A DNA stretch of 62,414 nucleotides, filler included, from Basidiobolus meristosporus CBS 931.73 (taxonomy: Eukaryota > Fungi > Basidiobolomycota): NCBI GenBank assembly GCA_002104905.1. It is 3 parts of 3 records of this genome, joined end to end, with 100 filler letters (N's around TTAATTAATTAA, not from the genome) between each part and the next. Parts side by side here need not be neighbours in the genome. Positions count along the whole stretch, not along the records: positions 16,863 to 41,780 come from MCFE01000938.1; positions 41,881 to 62,414 come from MCFE01001004.1; 1 more part is not named here. One strand, given 5' to 3'. Position 1 is the first letter of the stretch; each line of letters starts with the position of its first letter. The notes under the pieces were generated by a model. That model saw only the letters and a list, made by a program, of their open reading frames with translations. It ran no database searches and was not told the DNA's origin. The position numbers were made by a program, and so were the translations under genes. This document shows positions 35,201-47,919 of the stretch, in pieces.

Positions 35201-36002
35201 TGTGGTGGTGTAGAGGTACTCCTGAGAGAAGCTACACAACTCAAGGTGTGTGAGGTGTCTGATGGGTGCAATAACCTCTGTGTCTAAACTGCTGGTGTCT
35301 TTGTCAATATGTCACTTAGTAAAAGCTCCTGCTTCTCTAGCTTCCTAGGTGCTCCAAGTGTCTCCAAAGGCCTCTGTGTGTCTTGTGCACTACCCTGAAA
35401 AGCTTCTTGCTGGCAGGTCTGAGATGTACTGTAGAAGGCAGGTGCAGTGATCAACTGCTAATCAATAAGGTAGAAGTGTTACTGATAGATGGAATGATTC
35501 ATTGATGAGGGAATGCTTTCCCTTAAATACTTTTCCTGATTGCCAAGTGTTTACTAATGACAAGGTTCTAGAAGATTCTAGGTATCAGTGGAATTCTTGA
35601 TGACATCACTATGAGCTAAAAATATGCCAAGAATGTCCTGGATGGTTCTAAAAGGCACAGCACATTCAACCAAACAGGAATCAGTAGTCTGAGACCTGTG
35701 CAACATAGAAATACCATACATGGTATTGAAATGATAGGGATGGTAGCACAGACTTAGGTCATGTGTCACAAGTACTGATGCAGGTACTTGCCTTATGTAG
35801 GTACATATAATGATCACAAGCTGAATAACATCTGGGATAACTAATGCTAATAACTAATCAGGGTAAACATAATATGGGGATAATGCTGATAATATGGGCA
35901 AAAGAAGAATGGGATAATACTGATAAGATTAAATATGGATAAGTATATCATAATGACTATATGAGTAAACTTGTCTGTGGGAGGTATGTTTACCCTACCA
36001 CA
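35201..36002 (-). mobile_element. Solo LTR of a related Gypsy subfamily (~0.8 kb)
   Basis: TGTGGTGGTG...CTACCACA termini; shares GGGTGCAATAACCTCTG with the neighbouring LTR; flanked by GCGG (35197-35200) and GTGG (36003-36006). Confidence 0.8.
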
Positions 36003-36282
36003 GTGGTAGTAGACATTGCAGAGAGTGACCAGTAATAGCAGTAGTATACATTGCAGTGAGTGACAGCTTGGCATGTATAACCTTATGTGAGAGTCTTGGA
36101 GACACTGGAAGTGATTGGGAGAAGAAGTAGACTATGTTGCTTTTACTTGATATTTTATTGAATGTAAATTAGTATTTATACTTTACATAGTCATGGCAAA
36201 GCATACCCATAGATTAGGTTTGGGAAGTTCCTGTGAACATGTGTGCAAACCCTATGAAAAATAACTTGGTCCTGTGGGTGGA

Positions 36283-39200
36283 TCCTATCCAGATAAACCA
36301 TTGAGATCTTGCTTGGAGAATATCATAATACCAGCAGCTTGGAATTAGTGATCCTCTTAACAATTTTACAACAGGATCACAACAGTATTACTGCCAAGTA
36401 AAGTTATAAAGCTTGACAAGATTTGCTTAGTGCTGTGATGATAATTACATGGTATTGTTGCGGTCATTTTGTGCTCTACAACTATTTTCAATGGATCTAA
36501 CTGGTCAGGACATCTAATTGCAATCAATGGCAAAAGATCTGAGAGCATTTCAATGGCCTTGCAGGGCATTATAACACCAGTATGGCAGCCTACAGCTAGT
36601 TCTATATAATGCTACCATATCAATTTACCAAATGGTACTTCCTCTTTCTACCTCCCCTTGTGCAACTCGTATATTCCATTCTAAAGTCACCCCTCTTTAT
36701 TTGCTTACCAACTACTACCTTTGGTATTCCACATATAGTTTGAATCAAAAGAAACTATGGCCTCCTGCTTACTAACCTCCACAAATGCACACACCTGCCG
36801 CAATTGATAGACTTCTATCACCTCAACTTTATGGCTTTTTAGTGTATAGTTGCAAAGTTGCCATATACCTTGCACTGCTGGTAGCATATACATCTTGCCA
36901 ACATATGCTGAGTTGTTGCAACTTCTGCCATAAATACCTCTTGAATATCCACAAGGGAATTCATGGTACTTAGCCAATATAATCCTTCTCCCTGCAGGAT
37001 TCCAGTTGCCCCTTATATGTGCACTCTGGCTCTTGTTTGTTTGAATTCCATATTGAGTGATGTAGAAGCTGGCTTGTGAGCAAAAGAAGTCTGGCATACC
37101 TTGGTAAAGCTTTCCTAACAAAAACTAGTTGCTTGTTGCACCCAACCCAACTTTGCATTACTTAACTGATTACCTATGCATTGGGGCTGCTTAGCTTCTT
37201 AATGCCATATGCATAGGTGGCTCCATGTGCACATTTGTCCTCAGTACTTTCAACTCTTCCTGGCTGTCCTCCGTTTGACAGCTCATCACATCCATGACAG
37301 ACTTGAAGGTAATATTCTTGGTGAGATTGGGATATAGTAGTACCTGCAACTTGACTTGTCTTCCTATCTTCCCACACATCTGCCCTGTAGGAAACTCCCA
37401 AAAGGTGAAGTAAGGCCCCATATTCACCACACACTGTGCAAGATGGAGTAGAGAATGGATACAGTAGTGGCAGAGATCCGCATGGGCAGCTTTATGTTTG
37501 TAGTATAGCTGCTTAAATCCTGTCACAAATTCCTTGCACCACAGCTATGGGTGGGTCAAGTTGGCATTGGTGATCCACTTGTGAATAGATACTCCTACAA
37601 TCTTTATATATGACTCCCCATGCTTCCAATGTACTCTTGGTAGGAATGGCTACACAGCATCACTTGAATGAATGCATATCCTGATCATCCAGTCTTTGCA
37701 TTTATATTGTAGCATATGCATATGAATATTGATTGGAGCCCATGAGAAGTACTTGGAGTAGCAGATACTCTGTAATATCCTGCCAATTCTTGCATATTTT
37801 GCCTGTATCTCAAAGGGCTCATTTAGCTTGAAATGCTCCATGTATAACTTGGTCACTCATACAGGGATATTGTAGAAAAGCAAGTGCATTGCTCCTGGTG
37901 GAAAGCTTTTGCTTCAACATATACTGTCAATTCTAAGTATCTCCAGTTCCCAATTGATTATATATTCCATTCAATGGCTTATACTTTGCCAACCTTGCTG
38001 CAATTGCATGCTGACTTTGGTATGTTCTCTCTTTGGGAAGATGATGTTCTTAGTACTGGTGTTTGGGTAATGGTAATGCGTGTGAACTATGGAGTAAATC
38101 CCCTGGATCTCACACATCTGACAGCAATACTGTTTATAGTGCCAAGAAGAGCCAGCTGTCTTGCATATAGTATCTTCAGAGTAGCAGAATATATCAAAGG
38201 CAGAAGAACAAGGGTGCCATGGCTAAAAACCAGTGGCCTCCTCAAGAGCTCGCTACAGGCAATGCCAAAAGCTCCAGACAAGCATCAAAGAGATGACAGG
38301 TAGCTGGAAGAGTGCCAATTAGTGACAAGTAGGCAGACATGGATGCACCAGCACAACATTTATGAAGGAAAAAGCATAGTACCAGTCAAGAAGTATTCAG
38401 TCAAAGTAGCAGTGAAGGACCTGGCTGTAAAAACAACTCGCAGCTTTTACAAGGGCCTGTCACAACTACAGTTGAGAGCTCAAAACAAGCAGAAAAGAAT
38501 TGTCAGGTTGTCCAAAGAGTGCCAGCAAGAGACAAGCAGGCTAAACAGATGCATCAGAGCAGAACTTATCAAGGAGAAAATGTTGCTCATTACAAGAAGC
38601 ACTCCGGCAAAGTAGCAGTGAAAGAACTAACAGTGATAAGGTAAAAGGTTAAGGGAATATTGTCTACCCAAGCCTGAGTCAGGAAGGTATGCACCAATAA
38701 CTGCAGTTCTCTCCAGTTGACTTTGCAAGCTCAGAGCAGCCTGGATCCCCTCATAGCAAGAAGAATTACCAACAAGAAAACCGCTGTTTGCACAAGAGTT
38801 GGAAGCACAGCCAGTCAAGCTACACTCCAGCAAGGTAGATGAGTGTGCAGAAAAGGCAATTTGTCTACCACAGCATCCACAGCCTCCATATCCTCCATTG
38901 TTGACAGAGTGGAGATCCCACTCACAGACAAGGCTACAGTGTCAAATACTCAAAAGACTATAATAGTGCCTTCAGTGGAGCTTTGGAGCATTAATAGGTG
39001 CACCAAGAGGTTGCAACACTTCTTCAAGAGCAGTGCCAAAGAAAACGCACTTGAATATTGCAGCAATTTATTGCAAAGTTTGGCAGATGAGGTGCTAGAA
39101 CTTGCAGTGCCAGCTGAAGACCAGGACATGTGGGAACCAGTGTATGAACAGTGGCATAAAGCCATTGGGTTCTTACCAAAGTTGTGGAACCAGAGTGTTC

Positions 39201-39589
39201 CAGCAGAAGTACTTATTGAGTACTGGATTTTAATGGAGTTATTGGTTGAGTGTGGGGTTGGGCTTAATGTATGTGTAGGGTATAGGGACTTGTATTGGTC
39301 CATACAATTGGCAATTGAGGTATAACAGAAGTTTCAATGCAAATATATCAATTAGTATGCATAAAAAGTAAGAGAAATGGTTGAGTCCGGAAGTCAGGAG
39401 TGTGAAAAAGAGGAAACAGGCAATCAATACACAGAAACATAGGAGGTGATAGTGTGTCTGGGATGAAAAAGTGAGCAAATTGGCAGGGAACCAATCAAAA
39501 GCCACTTATACATTGCTGTGATGAAAATCTAGGCTAGGTTTTTTGTGAAATCTGTGGTGTAATTATTTTTCAACAGTATCTGGACAGTG
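36283..39589 (-). mobile_element. Degenerate CACTA/En-Spm element, second copy
   Basis: FKQLYY...HYCIHSLLHL...GPYFTFWEFP..QMCGKIG (DUF4218-like) at 37191-37526; inverse homology to 16863-18800. Putative terminus CACTGTCCAGATA (minus strand, 39589) with a degenerate partner TCCTATCCAGATA at 36283-36295. Boundaries tentative. Confidence 0.7.
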
Positions 39590-39639
39590 TCTTGACAGGA
39601 TCAGTACCTCTTAGTCATGGGACTTTAAATTTGTGATGG

Positions 39640-41780
39640 CCTTTTGATGGGATTATTAAAAAAGTTTTTCATAGGAAAGTGTGGGGCTGTTTGGATTACT
39701 TTGAGAATTTTTATGCTCTGGGTACCTGATAATGTGATGAGAATATTCCAAGTATATTTCAATAAGTATTTGGTCAGATATTTTCTAAGATTTGTAGGTA
39801 ATAATCTAATTGGCTAGGCTAGGTGAATATTCAGCTTGAATTAAAAACTGTTATAGCACCACCAAATATTGACTGGATTACACTGAGAACCTTATCTGGG
39901 TAGTTATGTTCAACTCCATCAAGCCACTGATGGCTACTGCTTTCAGATATCATTTGTTACTAGTCAATTGGATACAAAAACTGTATTGTGAATTGAAAAG
40001 TTAGTGATGATGTGTACATGGACCTGCCTGATTGGTTTGCTGACCAAGATAACCACCATATGGTTTGCAAGCTTAAGAAATCTCTACACTGTCTTAAACA
40101 GTCACAATGAGCATTAAATTGCAAGAGAGATCAGTACTTAGAACCTTTGAGTTTCCAACAGAGCACTGCTGCCTGAAGTATCTATTATAAGTGAGATAGA
40201 GCAAACTAAGCTCAATCAGCTCTATAGGTTGATGATTTTACTCTAACCACCAATAACCAACAAGCATTGGTGGTGACTAAATTCAGCATATCTAATGAGC
40301 TCAAGATGTCCAATATAGAGGAGCTCAGTTACTACTTAAGGGCAAATTTAATAGACACAAATACTCACACCATATATCTTCAGGAAGAAAACAATGGGAC
40401 CACCATAAACTCAAAACCAAGCAGAATGTGCAAGTTCTGTTGTATGAACATTAAGTTGCTTTCAAAAATGCAAACAGATTGTGAACCAGCAATGGCATGA
40501 TAAGAAAATATCACAAGAATTGTATAGTCTCTTAAAGGCAAAAGGACAATGCTGTCATAGCTAACTATCTGGGGCTTCCTCATAAGCCCATCAAAGGCAG
40601 GGCTGAAAGCATAAGCAGTAAGAAATATCAGGTAGCTTGACAAGTTCTGATAAGGGACAAGCTAGCAGTCACAGTTGCATATGTTGCAGTATTCTGAGCA
40701 GTATTGGAAGTGATGTGGAGAACTAGAGGATTTACATGTTAATCACTTAGAGATTGATTGATCTAAATATGATATTAATACTTTTGATAAAGTTTAGCAA
40801 ACAAACATATAGAGTCTGTTAACAAAGGTCCCAGAAGTATGTGTGCAAAGTCTGGGGGCCTTTGGACACCTTTGAGAAGGATCACAATATGGGTACCTGA
40901 TAATTTGGTCAAAATATTCTGGGTAACTCCCAACAAGAAATTTGGTCAGGACAAAATGCTAATCAATGAATGAGATCTATGTGACTAAGTCAACATGAAT
41001 ATTTAGGTAACAACTTATAATAAATCACTACCACTCAGCAAAATATTTATCAGTAATAAATACATGTAGAGAGTGTGCAGTCTGTAATAAGCATATAAAT
41101 TGTGTTGCATACTGAACTGATATATTCTCCAGCAGTATATGCATTTATGTCCATCTTGACTGAAGAAGTAACTTGTGAACCAAATCACATATCTACTTAA
41201 TTGTATGCCTAAAAACCACAACAATCTAATCAAGATACTAATCATAATCATTGATTCCTTGCACAGGCTTAAATAATGTGCTGAGTCTAGCTATTGGACT
41301 ATAATTATAATATATAGCCTCTAGGCTATCAAATGCTTGTTATTTAAGCAAAGTTGACCCACTTTTGGTCAAAATAGGATTTTGTATTTACACCATATCT
41401 GGAGTTTCCTGATTTCCTGGCAAAAGTTTAATTCAATTAGACATCTTCACTGTATGTCAATATTAGGCTCAGGTGTAGTTACTTCCATAATATAGACTCT
41501 ATATGAGGTAGAAGAAGTGACCTATACTGGGTCATGCTAAGGTTTTGTCATTTAATCCTGATCTGGAATATCCTCATTTCCTGGCACTGTGGCACATACA
41601 ACATGGCCAAAAAGTGGTTTTTGCCAGATCTGAGAAAGGATGGCCTGCTCAGTCTTGAGCCATATTTGTTAAGTGATTTGGATCCACAAAAATGATGTAG
41701 AATGGTCATCTTGGACTTCCCAGCATAGCAGCATCTTTCTTCAAATTGATTACTTGAGTTACAATAGATTCAAAGTCCAT
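39640..41780. mobile_element. Scrambled retroelement debris: LTR pieces, decayed Copia RT (~39980-40680, +), LTR 40682-41026 (-) with PPT-like CCACTCAGC
   Basis: 40000-40340 aligns by eye with the RT at 62080-62414 (GACCAAGATAACCACCAT, AAGATGTCCAAT); 40682-41026 matches the LTR at 2057-2405. Confidence 0.7.
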
Positions 41781-41880
41781 NNNNNNNNNNNNNNNNNNNN
41801 NNNNNNNNNNNNNNNNNNNNNNNNTTAATTAATTAANNNNNNNNNNNNNNNNNNNNNNNNNNNNNNNNNNNNNNNNNNNN
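41781..41880. other. Assembly gap with TTAATTAATTAA spacer
   Basis: N-run with the same central spacer as 16763-16862. Confidence 0.95.
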
Positions 41881-43799
41881 TAGCTCCTCTGAGTGATCGT
41901 AATATCAAGTTGGTGTGGTGTTGGTCTAAGACCTTAGGGCATTGAAGTGTTTGTTATCATTGAGTGAATGCTGCTTTTACTTTTTGTAGCGGTCTGAAAT
42001 AACCACAAGAATATTTTGTACTGATGTTCGGGGTTTCATTATTTCCCGGTATTTCCGTAATTCTAACAAACTAGCAAAAGCGCGGCTCCCATTAATAAGA
42101 TTTCCAGTACAGAGTCCCATATATTTGTAGGTATTCTGTTCAAAGATCAACTATTGGCTTTAGGCTATTTTTGAATCGTAGTTGACCAATTATTCAGAAT
42201 TGACGAAGTGCCTAAAAGATGGGAAATCTCACCCAAACTTTGCACACATTATCCAAGTGTCTTGCCTAACCAATCGATACCATAAGACTTCAAAGGTACT
42301 TCAAAAGCGTAGATACATACTAAACCAACATAGGAAATCATGTTCTTATTATTCAAGTGTCTCAGTTCTCAATTCTACTTGCAATAGATTATATTGCTCT
42401 ATCTAACCACACTCCTTGGGTTTGGCCCAAAGTTATAATGTGGGAAGTCATCTGAACGTGGCAACCTCCCTTGCATACATGCTATTTTGAACAAACCTTG
42501 CAATGTTACATTTGGAGGCCTCCGCGAGCTGGAAAGTAAAGAACTGGCTAGTCGGCCAACCATCACTTCCACTAAAAGTCGACCACTATCATACAATATT
42601 CAGTTGCCGGTGCCAATAACATATTGATAAATTACATTGCGTAGTCCTCTAATCATGTTGGCCTAATCGGGATAATATTTGTATCTCACCCAATCCACAA
42701 TCTGAGTGCAAGGTCTAGTTAAGACTCGGTTATGATGCATGTTGTGTAACTAAAAGGTCATGCCATTATAAATCTACTGTTTAGACTCCATTATCCATAG
42801 TCTGGTCGCACAAAATACTAGTAGGTGCGATCGGCCATGATCAATCGGCATGGAAGCCACGAAACCCAAGTGCATGACTGGGGGTGCTTGAAGGATCGGA
42901 TATTTCCAGGCTCCTACCAAATCGATTAACTAAATGGATGATGGTTTCTGCGATAATACTCACCAATAAGGATACTTACAAACCTGAAGAGTACTTTAGT
43001 GTAAATGGCCCTAATAACCCATTCCACACGAGCATGACTACTGCGAGCATGTTGATTTACTGTGAATGTGATTTGCCGGTTACATCACTGCTAGTACAAA
43101 AGAACTTCGAATGAGTGGGCGAAATAACTCCTCGTCAGCAATTGCGGTGGGTGTTTATCGTACCATTTGCTAGACGATCCCGACCCTCCACTAGATGCAA
43201 GCATCGCCATTGGGGAAGCCTAATTGACAATCAGGGATTCTCCGATTCCGTACGATTCAGAATCTCTGCAATGGTGTCCATTCCTGAGGCTTTGCTATTA
43301 TGGCAGCGGAATGTTTGTGTGAAGTAGCTAGCCAAAGAAAGGGTACCTTCAGCTGAAGTTCTAGCTGAGGCCTATAGCCACCTCATTGGTGTGGGATCGG
43401 TTGCATCCGCCGAATTCGTCATAGAAGAATGGTCTTGATGCTGATGAGATGGTGGGTGGAATTGTGAGCGGAATGAGATTCTAGTGGCGTCATAAGAACT
43501 AATGATACTATCAACACTTTAGTATCAAATGCTGAGTCACTTCTTTGATGGACCTGCCCGTGTTAACTGGTATAGAATTCTGCGTGGCCCCACACGATTT
43601 CTGAGTGATCATTATGACGAAGCGCATACATCTATGTGAGTTTCAGCCGATAATGAGCTAAGCTCATCGATTGATTATAAAGAGGCATGATCTATGTGCT
43701 GGCTTGATAGTGTATCCGTAGAGCTTATATAAGATGAGAGTCTCTGTTCTGCTTCGCCAAAGAATTCCCTCCACAAGCAGCCAAGCACGCAAATTCAAA

Positions 43800-44384
43800 A
43801 TGCCTCAGAGAACTCTGACAGAAGCCATAGTCCACGACCATTCCGAGATGAACCAGTACTTCAAGAAGTATCAGTCGCTGGCATCTCAGCCAGAGGAGCA
43901 ACAGAAATGGGCGAACCAGATTATCTGGGAAGTGGCTCGTCATGCCGCCAGCGAAGAGATGATTCTCTACCCAACCATGGAGGAGAAAGTAGCCAATGGT
44001 AAGAAGCTGGCTGATATTGCTCGTGAACAACACCTTCAGGTCAAGAAGGACATGTATGAGCTTGACTCCCTTTCTACTAAGGATGTCGACTATGACCCCA
44101 AGTTCCAGAAAATGATCAAGGAGCTATTTGAGCACAATGACGAAGAGGAGCGACTTGACCTAGCTGAGATCGACAAAGTCCTGACACGGGAAGAATCCAT
44201 CCAGCTAGCCGAGCAGTTTGAGAACACCAAGAAAATCTCTCCAACCAGGCCCCACCCGGCTGCGCCAGATCAGCCTCCTGCTGCTACGGTGGTAAACCCC
44301 ATTACTGCTCAGCTAGATAAACTCCGTGACGCGCTACGCAAATTCCCTTCGGAAGAGGAGATGACTGAGGCGATGAAAATGTAG
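43800..44384 (+). CDS. Hemerythrin / HHE cation-binding domain protein
   Basis: IVHDHSEM, ARHAASEEMILYP, AREQHLQVK, LFEHNDEEE and PTRPHPAAPDQPP motifs; intronless. ATG 43800 is preferred over 43734 because TATATAA lies at ~43726. Confidence 0.9.
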   Translation: MPQRTLTEAIVHDHSEMNQYFKKYQSLASQPEEQQKWANQIIWEVARHAASEEMILYPTMEEKVANGKKLADIAREQHLQVKKDMYELDSLSTKDVDYDPKFQKMIKELFEHNDEEERLDLAEIDKVLTREESIQLAEQFENTKKISPTRPHPAAPDQPPAATVVNPITAQLDKLRDALRKFPSEEEMTEAMKM

Positions 44385-44550
44385 CGAGCTCAACAACTCT
44401 GCCCATCGCTACCATGATGAAAATGTAGCGAGCTTATTAACCACTCTGCCCATTGTTACCATGATGAAAATGTAGCGAGCTTAACCACTCTGCCCATTGT
44501 TACCATGATGAAAATGTAGCAAGCTTAACAATTCTACCTATAGTTATCCC
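44372..44550 (+). repeat. Four-copy 44-47 bp tandem repeat that begins in the HHE stop region
   Basis: GATGAAAATGTAGCGAGCT...CTCTGCCCAT..TACCAT units start at 44372, 44416, 44463 and 44507. Confidence 0.9.
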
Positions 44551-45730
44551 ACTGTCGTATAAATAAAATCGAGCGTGTATTTTGTAAATTGCAAGTGTAC
44601 CGAACCTCATATTCTTACCTTCGCACTCGGATTCAATCAGTTACTTCCGATGTGCCGCAGCGATATTTATAGTGCACTGCAAATTCGATGAGCCATGGCG
44701 ACATTGAGCCTCAGCATACTCTGAACATGCACACAACGTGCACGCGCTAAAAACGGATATGGCTGTTGTCGAATAAACAGCACTGGTTTCGGAACAGCTT
44801 GTACCACTATGACGTATTAGATGGGCTTTAAACTGTCACCAATGAACAGCTCTGCGGGTCTGCAACAAATGTCCAGGCGTTTCTGCTGGCAAACCCATTG
44901 AAATAGGGCACACACCAGAAACATAAGTAGCGCTCTGCGAAGACAACATTGAGCTTGGGAAGCGGCCATGGTAGTCTGAGGGCCCACTAGCGGCAACAGA
45001 ACGCTCGGTTCTCGGGTCTTTCTGGCAAGAACTATGCCCGAGCCTCGCATATGGTGGTGAAGTAGTGTTTGGTGCTTCTCAACAACCCCTTGTTGTGGAG
45101 ACGTAGAGCCACACCAACACGTATTTTCTGTGGCATCCCGGTGCTGGCATTTCGAGTAGTTACAATACGCTTGTCCAATCAGCGGCCACAGCCAGCTTCG
45201 CCGTGGGAAAACCCCAAATGCAGATTGGTGGTTGGTTAGGGCGTCGATTGAAGGGTGGGAAAACTTGCGAGAATTTGGAAACGAAATCTCTCCCACGACC
45301 TGATATGACTGCTAATATGAAGGATTCACTAGCCAAGTCGTTATTTATCAATGATCCGACATTCCTGACATTCCATCTGATGCTGGATCTCGAATACTAT
45401 TGCGTAGTATTTTGTTAATTCCCCCAAATCTCATAAATCAGCGAAATGTTGTTCTGATCTGTGATTTCATTGCAATCAAGGGCGGTGTGACTATGGAGGC
45501 CGGCACTTTCCCACGGGTAGGTGGGAGAAACGCTAGCAGGGCCATAGAAAACAACTGAAAGGAAGTCAGGTGCCTTATTCCTTGACCCCTTGAACTGTAA
45601 TGAAATTTTCCCACACTTGAATAGCATCAGGGTTAAATCAGAATTTATACTGCTGGTGGTGTCTTTGTCTGCGTTATTTATCACCGTTTAGTCGTATATC
45701 CCTCCTCCTTGTCTGTCGCCTCTCTGTATC

Positions 45731-47306
45731 ATGTCCGGGTTAACACAGTATCGCCTCGCCAACACTCTTCTTCGTGCATCCAGAACGACCTCCCCATCAG
45801 TCTCGTACAGAGTACGGCCAGTTCTGCTGTCTAGTATATCCTAGTAGACTTTTCTAACCATGCTGGACCACAGCTATTTCACAGTTCTTCAAGCCACAAT
45901 GCAGCTGAAAACCCCCCTCCGGCTGAAGGCTTCTTGGCTGGACTTGCCGAGTCCAAGTTCATGAAGAGAACTTCTGACGAGGTGTTTAAAAACCCCGAAC
46001 TAGAAAGTGTTAGTGGAGGTGAGTTGCAGACTTTACTCTTTACGAGTTTGTGGGCTAAATTGTCTTGACTCACCCTTCTCAGGAGAAACTAAGAAGATGA
46101 ATCTGTGCCAAGCAGTCAACGACGCCATGTCAATTGCCCTGGCCACTAATGAGAAAGCCGGTGAGTAAGCTGTCTTTCACCCTAAGCAGAGAGTTACTAA
46201 CCAGGCTTGCAGCTGTTTTTGGTGAGGATGTCGCCTTTGGTGGTGTGTTCCGTTGTACATTAGGACTGGCCGAGAAATTTGGTAATTATGATACTGGCAA
46301 TCTCCTGCGGAGACCGACACTCAATACACTCCCACAATCATAGGCAGGGACCGTGTTTTCAACACTCCATTGACCGAACAAGGAATTGCTGGGTTTGCAA
46401 TCGGAATGGCATCCATGGGCCACTCCCCCATTGCTGAAATTCAGTTCGCAGATTATATCTTCCCTGCATTCGACCAGGTAAGTGATATCTCGCTGGCAAT
46501 CTACCACCAGTAAATACTAATGCATCTGGCTAAGCTGGTTAATGAAGCAGCCAAATACCGCTACCGGTCTGGAGGTATTTTTGACGTCGGTGGTCTCACC
46601 ATTCGCTCACCCTGCTCAGCAGTCGGCCACGGTGGACATTATCATTCGCAGAGCGTTGAGAGCTATTTTGCCCACTGTCCCGGACTCAAGGTCGTCATCC
46701 CCAGAAGCCCTATTCAGGCTAAGGGCCTTCTGCTAGCATCCATTCGTGACAAGAACCCCACCATCTTCCTTGAACCCAAGATTCTTTATCGTTCAGCTGG
46801 TAGGTTCTCAGTCACACAGGTTTCTTATCCAACCGACGCGAATCTTAAAATCTTTGAAATCTCCAGTTGAACAAGTCCCAGTTGATGATTACGAGCTGCC
46901 ACTTGGCAAGGCTGAAGTGCTGAAGCCTGGTAAGGACGTTACCGTTGTTGGATGGGGATCACAAATATACACCTTGGAGAACGCCATCCACATGGCAGAG
47001 CAACAGGTGCCTGGACTAAGCTGCGAGCTCATTGACCTACGCTCTATACTTCCTTGGGACGTGGACACCGTGGTTGAATCCGTCAACAAGACTGGTAGAT
47101 TGGTTGTTGCCCATGAAGCCCCCAAGACCGCCGGATTTGCTGCCGAAATCTCATCCACCGTACTCGAGCGTTGTTTCCTGCGCTTGGAGTCCCCTATCCA
47201 GCGAGTTTGTGGGTGGGACACCCCATTCCCACTCGCTTTCGAGAAATTCTACCTCCCTGATCGTGTCAGATGCTTTGATGCCATCAAAAAAGCAGTTGAA
47301 TATTAG
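45731..47306 (+). CDS. BCKDHB: Branched-chain alpha-keto acid dehydrogenase E1 beta subunit, mitochondrial; multi-exon
   Basis: [80 protein letters not shown]. Ser/Arg-rich presequence from ATG 45731 (first exons tentative). Confidence 0.95.
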
Positions 47307-47919
47307 AGCAGGACCCACCCCCTCCCCCTCTTTACACCATAAAGCCAACTTTATCAAACGAGCGATCTATTCCATATGTAGTCAGTAACCCGTCGCTCAA
47401 CCACAATCCAGAGCCGTCTTGTATAAACTATGATAAAGGAAGCAAACAATCTTCGCATTATTGGCGCCATCATGTCCAGGTAGCTTGTTCTCAACAACTG
47501 AATTCGGGGGATTCCGTGTGGGATGGCCTGCATATTGCTTTCTGACTCGTCAGAAACAGTAGAGAGCTACCCCCTAAAATAGCTTCGAGAGGCATAGCTC
47601 CAGTTAGTTGATTCGGCATAAATCAAATATCAGACCATCCCGTAGGAACCAACAACCCGATGATTTGCCAATGGGCACTTTGGAGGCCTCAAATAAGAAT
47701 TCATCCATTGCTTGGCTGGTTGGGTTTTAGCTAGATGCTGTGCGCCACTCGCCATAACAAAAATAGGGGAATGTGAGTGGTGGCTTGGGGGAGCGCTAAT
47801 ATTAGTATCGTGGGTGTAGTTAATTTATTGCTGGCTCCATGCAATAAAGGCGATATATGAATGATGGCAACTCTGATATTGGCATGTGTATGGTGGATGC
47901 GAGACATGGCCAAGTTAAA

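Larger units (their letters stand above)
33904..36250 (-). mobile_element. Minus-strand Copia 5' relic (LTR, PBS, gag start) that hosts two Gypsy solo LTRs
   Basis: 33904-34120 and 36007-36080 rejoin as the reverse complement of the gag leader (...TCTACTACCGCTATTACTG...). LTR homology at ~36085-36250. Confidence 0.8.

Noticed and set aside
38843-39325. 160-aa plus-strand ORF as an independent host gene
   Set aside because: No recognisable motif, non-ATG start, and it lies in a CpG-depleted CACTA relic; kept only as a note in the CACTA finding.
43734-43799. N-terminal extension of the HHE protein as a mitochondrial presequence
   Set aside because: ATG 43734 is only a few nt after the TATA-like element and is probably upstream of the TSS; cannot be excluded without 5' RACE.
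44372-44550. CRISPR-like look of the four GATGAAAATGTAGC repeats
   Set aside because: The intervening sequences are copies of each other, there are no cas genes, and the context is eukaryotic; it is a tandem repeat.
44817-45684. ORFs of 60-160 aa between the HHE and BCKDHB genes, and similar ones at 42.2-43.3 kb and 51.4-52.8 kb
   Set aside because: No family motifs, atypical composition and mostly non-ATG starts; treated as intergenic.
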